DNA of 59,336 nt, counting the filler, from Bipalium vagum (lineage: Eukaryota): the NCBI GenBank assembly GCA_037834085.1. It is 3 parts of 3 records of this genome, joined end to end, with 100 filler letters (N's around TTAATTAATTAA, not from the genome) between each part and the next. Parts side by side here need not be neighbours in the genome. Positions count along the whole stretch, not along the records: positions 24,466 to 40,255 come from JBBMKC010138379.1; positions 40,356 to 59,336 come from JBBMKC010014236.1; 1 more part is not named here. The stretch is one strand, 5' to 3'. Below are positions 39,520 through 53,007 of this stretch, piece after piece. Position 1 is the first letter of the stretch. Each line of letters begins with the position of its first letter. The notes beneath the pieces are model-generated. The model was not told the origin of the DNA. It searched no databases and worked only from the letters and a program-made list of their open reading frames with translations. Position numbers and translations under genes: made by a program.

Positions 39520-39870
39520 AAAACAAAGAAAAATTAATTGAAAATTTCCTAAGATATTTCAGAAAATCTCCACGATCGGAACCCATTAAAAAAATTAATA
39601 AGACCATTGAGTTCAATATGGCAAATAAATTTATCAATAAATGTCCGACCGAATTAATATAATGACGATTTCCAATTACGTTCGTGGGTTTCGAAAATGA
39701 TGCAAAAGTAAATTTATTATTCTCTAAAATATGCAAATAAGTTTGGCTGAAAAATCTGTATTAAAAATTTTTTGATCTATGACTTTGATTTGAAAATTAT
39801 TTCAATAATGATCGCAGCTTGAAACAGATGAAGATTAGAAATGATATGTTTTGTTTGAATACATTTCCTT
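39520..39870 (-). mobile_element. Tc1/mariner (rosa-like) N-terminal relic
   Basis: Decayed YF.NN...GNRH...E.NG pattern on the minus strand. Confidence 0.4.
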
Positions 39871-40255
39871 TAAAAAGTAAAAAATGTTTAGAATTTAAAT
39901 TGTTTATGAAAAAACATCAATTTTTTTTAATAAACTTTCCTTCAAAAAAATCGTTTTTTATCTGATACATCCACTTCAGTAACTGGGCCTTTTTTAAACA
40001 CAAAATACTTTTAATATAACATTTATTGGTAATTTTGAGAAAGTAAATAATTATAAAATTACATATATGTTTTTTTAATGTAATTTTCTTAGGTTTTTTA
40101 AAATATACTATTATAATTAATTTGTACTAAAATTTTGCATTATAAAATTACTTAAAGAAAACAAAAAAATTGAATTTCAAGTGCAATTGATACTGTAATA
40201 TAAAATGATATAATTTATAATAAAGGTCTTAAAGATATTCGTCTTTAAGCCAAGA

Positions 40256-40355
40256 NNNNNNNNNNNNNNNNNNNNNNNNNNNNNNNNNNNNNNNNNNNNT
40301 TAATTAATTAANNNNNNNNNNNNNNNNNNNNNNNNNNNNNNNNNNNNNNNNNNNN
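40256..40355. other. Artificial 100-nt scaffold join (44 N + TTAATTAATTAA + 44 N)
   Basis: Same layout as 24366-24465. Confidence 0.93.

Positions 40356-40403
<48 letters not shown>
40356..40403. repeat. (ATA)n microsatellite emerging from a gap
   Basis: Directly visible. Confidence 0.97.
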
Positions 40404-40406
<3 letters not shown>

Positions 40407-40409
40407 CAA

Positions 40410-40640
40410 CGATGACATTGATAGCTGCCTGAATATTGAATTCAAAACGATTTCTATAAATAGATTTCTGCCACAGACATTTTCTGCAAGTCGAGCATGC
40501 ATGCTGCCATTGGTTCCAATTCCATTCTTCTTTTGTTAGTCAGCAACAGAAAACATGATTCAGACTGCGTTTTATGACACATCGACTCCGCAAAATAAAT
40601 CCATAAGGCGGCTTTGTACTTGAGTTAGGCGTCTACATTT
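40410..40640 (-). mobile_element. Tc1-like N-terminal relic
   Basis: RRLTQVQSRL... HTH-like remnant. Confidence 0.35.
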
Positions 40641-41439
40641 AAATTAACTCTATTACTTTTTCATTGTTTGTCCTCATATAAAAATAATTAAAAAATTAGT
40701 CATTTTTGGTAAATTGAAATCAATAGGAATAATAAAAATAACAATTATTTTTTTAACAATTTATTATTTAGTACAACTTGATAATTATGTTAATTTATTT
40801 TAATAATGGCTTAAATTGTTTAATATTTATTTATTCATAATTAATTGTTGAAAATATTACAAAAATATTATGGATTCTGAACAGCCAATAATTATTTCTA
40901 ATAAATAATCAATGGTTTTTTATTTTAATGATTTATTAATTAGATTTCATTATATTTTAAAATATTATTGAAAAATATAATAAAATATTGAATAATTTTT
41001 ATTCAGTGAATAATGGCAAAGGAAATATAAAAAATCAAAAAAATAAAAATAAATGAAAAAATTTTGATTTACATTTGATTTACTAATGCTATTTCCAATG
41101 AGGCAAAAATATTTTTTAATAAATAAATGTTTTCATTTTTTCAGAAATATATTTATTATACATTTTTAAATTTCATGAAATAGTGATAAATTTATTATTT
41201 TCAAACCAATCTAAATAAGTTAGGATGAAAAAATTTTTTATTTTCTTTTTACTTATAGTTTGTAAGTAGAGTGTTTGACAAAATAAAAATAAACAATAAT
41301 TAGGAAAATAATAGTAATAAAATTAAAAATAATAATAAAAATAAAATAATGATAATAATAATAGAAATATTATTATTTAAAGTTTTAGAGTCTTCTAGAT
41401 ATGCTCAGACCGTTGTTGTGTGACAAAATCTTTTAATTT

Positions 41440-42036
41440 TTCTGCATATAGAATCATAATTCTCAAGATCACGGAAAAGTACAAAAAGAAATTGTCAGAA
41501 AGTACATTATTGAAAACCAAACCCGGATCATTAGAGGTAGCGAAAGAAATGTAAAGGGTTTCGAGTTTGGAATTTTGTAGAATTGAATGGACCCATCACA
41601 TATTGATTATTTTTCACTGCCAAACTCAGGATGAAATCAGAAATCTCTTGAAATATTGACAACTGCGCTTATCAGATCTCAATATTAATTTTAAGAAACT
41701 GTGGTGTTTTATGCCATACTACTGCAACCTCCTTTTGACATGGTCAATCAACTGACCAAAATCTATTTTTATTCATACATAAGAATAACAGATGTTGCTC
41801 ATCTGCGACAGCGAATCATTGAAGCTTGTAACCATATTGACAGAAACAATGATTTACTTCGTACGGGGCTATAAAAGCTTTGAAAAGGGATTAGATTTCT
41901 ATTTCAATAGTAATGGCCAACATTTCGAACATTAATAAACACATGTTTATTTGATTTTATAAAAATAACATATTTTTTTTATTAATTTATCAAACGAAAA
42001 TTGTGTTATGGTGCTGTACGTTTTGCCCACCCTGTA
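41440..42036 (+). mobile_element. rosa/Tc3-like 3' relic with right TIR
   Basis: C-terminal SNGQHFEH*; end TTTTGCCCACCCTG-TA (CAGGGTG-type TIR). Confidence 0.7.
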
Positions 42037-42574
42037 TAATAATTGCGATTGCCAAGGAAACGATATGGAATCTCTGAATTATTAAATGATCAGGTTTGTA
42101 AGAAATGAACCGAAGGTTCCTGTACGATCCGTAGTAAAGTCGATTTTTAAGTCTGATTGAAGTTGAATAATTAATTAATTAATATTATCAATCAATACAA
42201 ATGTTAATGATTGTGAAAAATATGAAGGTTAATTTTTAATCCATATTCACTTAAAATAAAAATTGAAAATTTATAATATTTTAAAATACAAAGATAAAAT
42301 AATTGTTTTTAACGGGATCCGCCTTAAGATTCATTTAATTATTTGAATATAATCTGAATAAATGTTGATCGTGTCACCTCGTGTGAAATAAATCCATATG
42401 ATTCTGGATCATTGAATAAATAACAGAAACAATTCTACTCTTACACAAGTGAATTCTTTTTCTACAGAGCTAAGTTTATCTGATTTTTTCAAATTTCATA
42501 ATTCACCAGTGGTAAAACCTTTTCAGAAATTTAGAAAGACTTCTGTAATTTGTTTGAATTTCTAGTTTAAAAAA

Positions 42575-42815
42575 ATTAGGTGGACATGGAGTATTCGTTC
42601 AAATTGATGAAACAGGTCTCATGAATGGAAAATATAATGTTGGAAATTTTGTGCTAAAGAGATGGCTATTTGGCGTCATTGACACTGTTTTTAGGCATTT
42701 TATTCTTTGCAATATAGATTCTCGGATCAGAATAGAATTAGAAAAGGCTATTTTAGAGACAATTAAAGAAGAAACTGAACTACATTTTGATCAATGGTCC
42801 TCATTAACAGTCTGA
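42575..42815 (+). mobile_element. Merlin (IS1595/ISXO2-like) transposase fragment
   Basis: GG.G.FVQIDETG..GKYNVGN....RWLFGVID.....R....LE.AI...I...T.LHFDQW matches the ISXO2 DDE core. Confidence 0.85.
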
Positions 42816-42895
42816 TCATAAAGGTAGCATATTTTTAAAAATTTAATAAAATTATCAAAATCTTAAATACCACTAATTATATTTTAAAAAAATAA

Positions 42896-42896
<1 letters not shown>

Positions 42897-42954
<58 letters not shown>
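42897..42954. repeat. (ATA)n microsatellite
   Basis: Directly visible. Confidence 0.97.
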
Positions 42955-42955
<1 letters not shown>

Positions 42956-42964
42956 TACAAGAAT

Positions 42965-43480
42965 ATTGAGCACAGGCATCAATATTTATTCATATGTCCT
43001 TTGGCTGTGATAACGGACTTCAGACACCATGGAATTAAATCAGTCAAATTAAGACAATATTGGGGAAAAAATTCTGCAATTATACATGTTTAATTTTCTC
43101 TTGTAGATCAACCCCGGATGAAGAATGCTTCTGCACTTTCAATTAGAGCAACAACAATTTTTGATCGGATTTAAGTCGGGTGAATTACCTGGTCATGAAC
43201 CTATCACCAAAACATGGTTTGCTATCAGCCAATTTGTTACCTGCTAAGAACGATGACAAGGGGTAATTTAGACTTTCCATGCGTGGTAGAAGTTTATCAT
43301 GCAATATTGTTCGATAAACATCACCATTTATATTTGTATTTTGCGGCATGAACCGCATATCACTACATCCTCTGCTACCTATGCAACCCAAAATTATATG
43401 TGAAACAGAGTATTTGACGGTTTGTGTTGTAAAACAAGTATTATAACGTTGTCAAGGTGAACGTCGAACTCTAAACTTTA
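42965..43480 (-). mobile_element. Tc1 (DD34E-type) catalytic relic
   Basis: TVKY...II.GCIGSRG..DMRFMPQN..INGDVYRTIL; PGNSPDLNPIKN. Confidence 0.8.
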
Positions 43481-44079
43481 AGAAGAAAATACCAAACAAA
43501 TGATAAATATTTAAATGAGCTTACTGACGAATCTGCATTTAAAGATCGATATAGGGAAGAATATAAAGAAAAGACTGAATCTCATAATGAAACCCATGGT
43601 CGTTATTAACAAATAATTTTGTTTCACTTAGTTTACTGTAAATCAATATTTTAGTCTCCTTGTTGATAAAATTAAATAAAGTAATTTAAATTTTAAAGTA
43701 ACTTTAATTAAACATTACCAGAAATATAAATTGTGCCGTTTTGAAATAAAAAAATTATTAGAACAGATGAGATCTGGGGGAAAAATATTATTAATTGATG
43801 ATTAATGAAGTCTTTTAAAAATCGGCGGGAATGAGAGAAATTAATTAATAATTTTCGAAAATAATTGAAGATATTTGTCTTTTACAATTGCAGGATATTA
43901 AAAGGAACCTCTTAATTACTAAAATTTTGTCAAATATAACTAGAAAAATTGATAATAAACATTATTAAAGATGAAAATTAAGAAAAGAGAAGACAAAGAA
44001 GGCAACTGGAAAATAGTATTGTATGTTAGTGCACGGGGGTTGCAAATTATGCTGCAATTTTTTTAGACGACTTTTTTAA

Positions 44080-44500
44080 ATTTCTTCATTTAGCAGATAA
44101 GACACACAAGACTGTTATTGGATCGCTGTTCATCTTCTGAAATAGAAGTCTGAATGTATGAAAACTGTACTCTTTTATGAATATGATCAACTGGTCATTA
44201 TCAAAATTCTATTTTCTACCGGTTTGTGGAGTTTCGGTTTAATGTGCCACACTCGATTTTTTTGACCAATATATTATAAATGTTTTCCGTACAAATTAAA
44301 AATTTCCTGGACCACTTCCGCAACTTTCTGACCTCGAATAAAATAAAAAAGCAATTGGTGGTAATGGTATCTTTGATCAACTTGGTACTGAATTTTAAAG
44401 GTGTCCAATTATTTTAAAATGAAATTATAAAAAATCCTACTGTAGTTTTGTAGAACAGATCTTTCAAATAAATTTATTTGGTATTAAAAAAAATTGGTAC
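44080..44500 (-). mobile_element. Mariner 5' relic, same family as 23250-23760
   Basis: Shared blocks with 23550-23670; minus-strand RKWSRKF HTH remnant. Confidence 0.7.
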
Positions 44501-44689
44501 CGTAAAATAAAATTTTTAATTAATAAAATCACGAAAAGTTTTTACGGTTTTCCATTGAATTTTATTTAATATTGGTTTTTTACATATATTTGGTTTATTG
44601 ATTTGCAAATCATTTAAAATTAAAGGTTATGAAGTTATATTATTCAGATCCATTTATATTTTTATATAAATTTAATTAATTATTACTTT

Positions 44690-45692
44690 TAGTGATAGCT
44701 TTTGCCGAAGAAATTAATAGAATATGTATGCTATATGATTTTGAATGCGGACTAAACACAAGACAGTTCTATGACAGCCTATGCATGGCACTGGTCGGTC
44801 ATCCATGTATAAGTACAAGTGAAAAATGGTTCAAAAGGTTTACCAACTTCATTATGATCTTCAGGACAAGTCAAGATCGGGTCGATCCATCGAGACTATA
44901 AAAGGATAACCTAAAAGCCCTATAGCACGTCGGAAGTGGCGAAACTCATGGATACTTCCAAAACAACTGAATATTGATATCTGACAAACTTTTAAGTGTG
45001 GTAAATTGGTTCCACACTACTTAAGTGAACAGAAACTTTTAATTCGACTGACAATTTGTATGTCCTTACTCATTCACTATGTTTTAGAGTCATTTCTTGA
45101 AAGAATTTTATAATGTGATGAGAAAGCTGCTCTTTATTTCAATGTTGATTGAAAAAATTAAAGTGGTTAAGTGTTGGTCAACAACTAATTCCAATGCCTA
45201 AGTCGGGTTTTCATCTGAAAAAATTTTACTATGGTAAGATATGAAAGATATAATATATTTCGAGCTTCTGGATATGGGTAGAACAATTATCAGTGATGTC
45301 AGTGTAGGTAATGTGATTGACTATTTGATAGGTTGACAAGTACGAGACCATCCCGAGTAAATCAAAAAGGCCTTTTTGTGCAACTAGATATTGCAAAACC
45401 CCAAACATCTAAAACAACCAAAAGTATGCTGAAAGAGTTTTTTCGGGAACACTGACAGATTATCATCTGTTAAGATCATTTCAACACTTATTGAAGGAAA
45501 ATGTTTTCATTAAAAAAATGTGAAATGGAAAATGCTATATATGCGTATTTTGCGTAAAGGATCCAAACGTTCTTCAAACACGGAATTGAACTTCTATCTG
45601 AATACTTACAGACCATAGTCGATTGTGAATTGATTAAGGTATTTGTGTTTTTTATAAAATATTTTTTCCGTAAAGACTTATGAACAATCTAA
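44690..45692 (+). mobile_element. Near-full-length decayed mariner
   Basis: RICMLYDFECG, KWFKRF, RSGRSI, WFHTT, CDEKAALYFN, YFELLDMGRTI; right end GACTTATGAACAATCTAATA. Confidence 0.85.
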
Positions 45693-45694
45693 TA

Positions 45695-45910
45695 ACATCG
45701 GACATTTTGGGTTTCTTGGTTTTTTCGACATCTTATGTTGGTGTATTTCCTTAGAATATAGGCTACACGTAGTTGAGTGCATTTAAGTTTCCTGGCAACC
45801 CGATTTTGAGAACGACCGATGATCAAAACACTTTTTGATCCATTAAATGTTGCTTTTCGTATCGATTCTAGTTGGCCGACCTCTAGATATTTTTCTTTCA
45901 CTTGTACATA
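45695..45910 (-). mobile_element. Tc1-like N-terminal relic abutting the mariner
   Basis: ORF 45689-45901 GRSQNRVARKLKCTQ..VAYILRKY (HTH1). Confidence 0.6.
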
Positions 45911-47817
45911 TTTCTTCTATTTGCTTAATCCATGGATAAATGGTTGTTTGTTTGTATCACAAATCGATAAAATGCTTGACAACTTCCTTTTTGATAAATT
46001 TTCGATTTCTTGAATAACTTTATGCAGAAGTTTTTTAGCCTCTACATTTTTTACTATTGTTTTTTCTAAAATCAAACATGGATCTTAGAAATATTCATAC
46101 CAAATTATTTTTATGAGATAGCCAAGGTCTTATCAATATGTTTTTTATAATAAATAAACATCTTTTAAAAAGCTATAGGTTGTGAAGAAATAAATTATAC
46201 TGGAAATGAAGAAATAATATTTAGAAATAAATTAAATAAAAAGTTTAAGATGATACTTAAAATATCATCCATAATTAGTATATAAAAAATTAAAATAAAA
46301 CATTTAATGTGAAAATTTTAATTATTTTTTTTATTACTATTTATTAATTATCATTGTTTATAATTATTTTAATTTACCAAATTTTATTTATGAATAAAAT
46401 TGTATATATTTTTTAACATAAAATTTCATCGTTGTTTTTATCCTAAAATTAAAAAAAAACAAAACATGTGCATCTAAAGAAAATATAAAAACAATTATTA
46501 TTCTTTAAAATAAATTAAAATTGTATTAAAAACAATTTTTTTAAAAAAATAAGATTTTATTTTAGAAAAATAAAATCATGTAAGCATTTAATTTTGATAT
46601 CCAGGTAATAATACAATTTTGTACGTACCCCAAAGGATATATTTTTACATTTTAATGGATTTTAATTGGGTTTTACAAAGATAAAATGATTGCTTTAATA
46701 AGCCAGTGTAATTGGGGGTTTAGAGTGAAATTGTAGATTTCTGTAAACAGAAGGTTTACATTTTTGTTTTTCAATTATTTATATTAGATTTTCGAAATAA
46801 TATTAAAATAATATGATAAAAAAATAACAACAATCTTTTATTATTGTATCATTTATTTTTATTTTTATTCTATTCTCGTTTCATACAAAAACTGGAAGGA
46901 AATCATATTTTACGATTTATATTATATATGAATATTTTAATAATTATATATATATAAACAAATAAATAAAATAACAGAAAAAATTAAAATGAGAAAAAAC
47001 AGAAAATTTTTAATCAAATACTAAAATTTTTTTTCTTTATTGATTTAAAGCTAACTTTGATAGGAATAATCAATTCAAATTAAGTTGTTCTGTTTTAGAT
47101 GCTACTGGGATCCTAAAGTGATGGGAAATTACAATTTAGAATCCCATTAGTTAGAAAAATAGTTTTATTACCAATTTTATTACCATCGATTTAATTTATT
47201 AATTTTAAAAATAATATTCAATATAAAAAAATAGTTTATAATTCAATAAATAATAAATAATAGTAAATCGAAAATAATAAAATAAATAAAAAAATCGAAA
47301 ATATGAGGAGTGATCCAGCCTTGAATAAGTATTAAAATATATTTAAAAATATTAAAATTAATTATCCCTTTATTTTATGATGATAATTCAAAGACGATAA
47401 TTGGAAATGAAAATAATGGCTGATTATCCTCCAAATGGAAATGAAAGAAATTTCTCCTCATTTTCAACATAAAGATTATGATAGGAATTATATTTTAAAA
47501 ATTTATGCTAATAAAATAATTAATTTAATTGAATGAATAATAAAAAGTGAACATGGCAAAGGGAATTAATTATTAAACGAGAATATCAATTGGATTTCAG
47601 ATAGGAGAATATGTGGTAAAATGTTAATGAGATCTCCATGAAAACCAAAAGCAGAAATCTAATTCAGTTTTAAATTCGATGGTAAATTGGATATAAAATA
47701 ATAAATAAATTTATATTTTTTGTTCAGAATTTTAATTGCATTCTTCATAATCATTGTGAAGCCATTTTTGAAAATGAATTGCTTATTTAAATATTAACCA
47801 ATAATTTAAAAATAAAA

Positions 47818-48290
47818 TATCAGGTTGCAACATAAGCTCGTAGCGTTTTTTAGATAAAAATCAAACGAAAATTGAGGATATTTATACATTTATTTAATGG
47901 GTCAAATGTGTAAAATTCTGTTCCAAAATCTTTAGCAATATTTGAGGAAATTTCATCAACCCATTCTCCAAGAATTTATCAATTTTTGGGCTATGTATCG
48001 GTCAAGTTCGTTTTCGCATGTCCTGAATTTTTGAATTTTTTTCCAGCAAGAAAATTTTGGAGGGATTTGAATAAATGAAAATCGAAGGTTCTATGTCAGG
48101 CGAATATTGCGAGTGACTTAGTTGTCCCCAACTAAGCTCTGCGATTTTCTGCTGTGTAATCAAAGACACGTGAGGTCGGGCGTTATTCTTGTGCAAATCA
48201 ATAGCCTTCCGATTCGCCAATAAAGGGCACTTCATCGATTACAGCTTTTAAATGATTCAGCTGAGAATAATATTTGATGGAATTTAATGT
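47818..48290 (-). mobile_element. Mariner 3' relic with TIR
   Basis: ORF 48002-48235 NRKAIDLHKNNARPHVS..TQQKI.EL.W..L.H.QYSPDIEPS; TIR TCAGGTTGCAACATAAGCTCGTAGCG. Confidence 0.85.
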
Positions 48291-51200
48291 CTAACCTTGT
48301 GGAAGACCTTCGTAATATATTACACCATCCCAATCCCGCTAAATGCAGAGTAGAGTTTTCTTGGATGTTTTCACTTTTGATAACCATGAAGGATCACCTA
48401 ACCATGTTTATTATTATAAATAAAAAGGCAATAATATACACACCAATCATATATATAGAAAAGAGTAAATTTAGCTTTAGTTTTATTTAACAAATTCAAT
48501 TTTCATGATAAATAAGTTGAAATATTCTTAATTTTTTTTATTGATAATTAGAAAAATTTCTAGCTGTGCTGTTAATGGAATTAAAAAATTATTAATTAAT
48601 AGAAAAAAATTAAATCGAAGCAGGTTAATTAATTTTTATGAAAAGGACTTATTACATAAAATATTTATTTCATTGTTTCCTTATCAGAAACTTTAAAAAT
48701 AAAACGAAAGACCACATTATTTCTAATTTTTTTGTTCTGTCTTTTAAATAGCACTTATGAAATTCCAGTGTAATTAATAAGCGTAACAGAAATATTGTCG
48801 TTTTACTAAAATAAAAGTATAAATTGACTAAAATTGGTATAAAAACAAATTTACAATTTTATAAAATTTGTTTATTAATTCATTTTGTGTTAATATAATA
48901 TTATATATAAATATATAATATAAAAAACTACATTTTGCTAAGCTGGTTTAAAACTTTTGTAGCCTGAAAAAGAAAAATATACAAATATTTAAAACAATTT
49001 CATTATTCAGTTTAACATGCCTTAAGATCAATACTTTGTTTCAACGATTCTTCATCTGGTGAATCATATTTTTAAAGAGATTAATCGGAAGACCTTCTAA
49101 ATGTAGTTCTACAGGTCTATGGTCTCATAATATATTGAGATATTATTAATATTTGGGAATAGATGAAAATCTGATGGCAACACAGACCTGTTGATTATGA
49201 TAAATGTCCTAATAATATGTTATGTAAATTCTTCAATTAATTTTGCAGTGTTTTATAAAACTTTCTCTTTGATTTTATATTTCCGAATTTATTATTGTTA
49301 ATATATTTTGTTCTTGTTTTTAAATAAAAATTTGGCTTCCACGTAATTTTATTTTAATGAATTTAGTAATTATATAATAAAACAAATGATTTTTTATTGG
49401 TAAATAATATTATATATTATATATTATTTATCAATATTTTATATAGAAGATCATTTCTGAATTATTGAATTTATAAAAGCACTCAGAGAATTTAATTTTT
49501 GAAAATATTTTCTTATATAAATCTTTGTTTCAATAGGTAACATTATCGGCTTAATAAATATATTCTTAATCCGAAATATAGCTAAGCCGTCACAATGTTA
49601 ATCTTTTCAAAAGAAATTAGCTCGATACATCTTAAGGGTCCATGAATATTCTTCTTATATTTACCCAAAAGAATTTTAAGTTAAATTGAAAGAAATATTA
49701 TGTATGAAAGAAAAGATCCCACGGTTAAACAGGGAACCACCTTGATTTATATCAAGGAAATTAAATTGTCAACTTTGTCAGCTTCCCTGTCGCTTAATAA
49801 ATGTCTTCCTGACAATTAAATACGTATTTTATGTGAATTTCAAATCAACATTCTCATTATATTATTTTTATTGAAAGTTTTTAAAAAATATAATCGTAAT
49901 GAGTTTCTCATAGCTTTTAGCAAAATAAGTGACATTTAGTATAATAATTGATGATGTCTACATAACCAAAGTTCACATGCCCGTTGGACAAAAAAATGGA
50001 AAAAGTAGTTTTTAGTATGATATGTTCTTTAAATGATTTCTTTTAACAGATTACATTAAATTATTCCTATGTGGGAAGGACAATATTGCAGTTTGCAGCT
50101 CCTCCATTTATCCTCCAAAATTTTCAGACAAATATCTCATAATTCATTTACATAAATCATTTATATATCACATAACATATTTACAATAAATGTATAGGGT
50201 GCATCAAAATTCACTATCTATTACAAGAAATAATTGAAATTTAAAAAAAATTTAAATTTACAGAAAATGATGTTAGTAATATAAAAATATTTCTATTCAA
50301 TGTTTTGTTTTTACTAATTTATTTTTCCTGGTCACTCTCTACCAGTCACACTTGAAACATTATTTACTTAATCCTTACTGTGTGATATTCAATATTTTCC
50401 ACACTAGAAATAACTAATGACAAATCAAATTCATACATGTGCTAAACAATAATAAACAATAATAAATTCAAAAAAAATTTAATTGTGCTGAAAGATGATG
50501 TTAAAATAACATAGAAATATTTGTTCTTACAATATTTTATAGGTGATGTTTCCAAATAATGTCAGGTAACCTATACCATATTTTATCAAAATCCATTAGA
50601 ATCTGAACTAATATTTACTTGTTTTAATTACTCAATTCTAAAAATGGAAATTATACGATAACAACAATGGATTATTTTCGGATTTAATATGATAACTGTT
50701 TCTTCCAAAACAATAAAATAATCTGATTTTTGGATCAATAAACGAGATTTATTTACAGGTTTGATACTGGTGGATCACTTTATGAACCATGTCGAAGATC
50801 AATGAAGTCCATAAAATTGTTCATCATAAATATTCTTTTAAATTGAACTGATTTCTGTAATGGAGGAATTGGTTGAAAAATAATTAATCTATTTCCCCAA
50901 AATTGATTCACTTGTCAAGATTTTATCTTTTATTGAGCATTTTTGGAATTTTTGGTGACATTGATGGATGTAATATCATTTTTGATATATTTAGTTTAAT
51001 TAGTTAATAATAATTTTTCAATATCATTTTAATTATGAAAGTATCAAATGAATTACGCAATTTTTATTGTCTTCGTGCACTATTACTTTGAGCGTGCAAA
51101 TAAATATTTTTATTTTTTCAGCCGGCTTTTCCCCCTTAGACCCCAGTCCTTTGATAATCACGCAATAGGTTTCTGGTGAATATAGAAAAAATTATGAAGC

Positions 51201-51505
51201 TTTTCTCGATTTCTAGCCTGACGGTTCCAACAAAAACTATCATATTATGTGAAAAGTTTATTATAATACTATTTATTTGAATAAATTATTAGTTTTGGTA
51301 TCTTCCTATCCGTTATAAAATAATATATTTTTATAGAGTAAAAGTGGTATTACCTTTGATGTATTTTCTATTATGAAAGAAACCTCCATTTCCCAAAATA
51401 TTCTCATGTAATCATTAAATTGCATTCAATTCAATTTGGGGGCTACCTTATTTTTTAATATATTTAATATTTTACTATAACGCATAACAAATCTTTTTAA
51501 TATAT

Positions 51506-52285
51506 ACAGTATGTGGACAATGACGTTAGTAATTGGAAAACGAGACATTATATATGCTCCTATGATCACACAATCAACAAGATTAAATTAACCCTATATT
51601 AATCTGATAGTATTTAGTTCCAAGTTATATTACAATTAAATTTGTAAAATTTTATTTAAATGTTTAAGAATTACAAAGCTTTTGGTATACAGATGTAAAT
51701 TATGTAAAAATAAATAACGAAGAAATCAAAACTTAAGGCGCTTATTTAATTCAAATTAAAAGTTTTCATATTTTGTATTACCTCCATGGCTCCTAATAAC
51801 CGCTGCGATTCGTTTGGGTATTAATTCCAGAAGTTTCCAGATAAATTCCTAGGTGATAATATCTCATTCTTCCTTAAAAAGTAATTTCATGTTTTCAATG
51901 TTTTTGAGTCCCCGGTTTCCTACTCTAACTTTAATATTTGCCATAAATTCTCAAAAATATTGAGATCAGGTGACTGTGAAGGCCAATCTAATGTTTTAAT
52001 TTTATTATCAACAAACAATTTCTTGCTAATTACATATGTATACTTCGGATCGTTAACTTGATGGAAGACAAATCTGATTCAGGCATTACTAGTTGATTGA
52101 GACAAATTCATGACCAAAATATTATTGTCACCTTCCTTAGTCATAATGCCATCTATGAATTGAAAATTATCCAGTCCATTTTCAAGGATTGATGCCCAAA
52201 CTGAAATATAAGTACCTCCATGTTTCACTGTTGATCGAGTACATTGTGATATCAATGTGTCTCCTTTCTTTTACCACGTCCAAAT
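51506..52285 (-). mobile_element. Tc1 DD34E 3' relic
   Basis: TVKHGGT..SVWA; FVFHQVNDPKYT; WPSQSPDLNIFENLWQ; TA-CAGT end at 51506. Confidence 0.85.
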
Positions 52286-52967
52286 GATTTCGTAATTAAT
52301 GTAAATAAAATAATATATTTTTCTAAAAATAGAATTTTGGTAAATAAGATAATGTGAATTTTTACAAATAGAAATTATAGAAAACTTATGCATATAAACC
52401 AACAAGAAATATTTAGAAGACGCACAATAAATCGCACCAAAATGCAGTAGAAAGCGACAATAAAGATCATTAAAAGGAGACAAGAAACAGTTCACAGAGA
52501 GGTATATATCAGAAGACATTTTAATGAAATAAGAATGAATCATCCTACAGAAATTCAAACAAAACGCTGTGGCCAAACAACATTATCAAACTTAGTAAGG
52601 AATTCTTATTTACACTTTATAAACTGTAAGAATTGTCGTAACATCAGTTTAATTTATTTTCAAAATATATTATCCACTATCAAGCAATCTTTACCGATTG
52701 ACTTGGTAACATTAATAACAAACTCTTATAAATAAGTGCTTGAAGCTTTTTCGAGAATCAAATAAAGTTTTATTTTTCCCCATCTTCTTCTTTTTATTTT
52801 TACAATTTTCACGGCCACTAGTTGGTAAATTGCTGAGGACATTTGCGCATTAAACAAAGTTTGTGCCAAAAGATTTCTTTATTTGATCAATTGTAAAAAT
52901 TAGATTTTTGAAATAAATAATTTGAAACTATTGTGTTATCTCAGTTAATTTGAATATTTATTTGACC

Positions 52968-52970
<3 letters not shown>

Positions 52971-52999
<29 letters not shown>
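52971..52999. repeat. (TA)n microsatellite followed by poly-T
   Basis: Directly visible. Confidence 0.95.
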
Positions 53000-53007
<8 letters not shown>

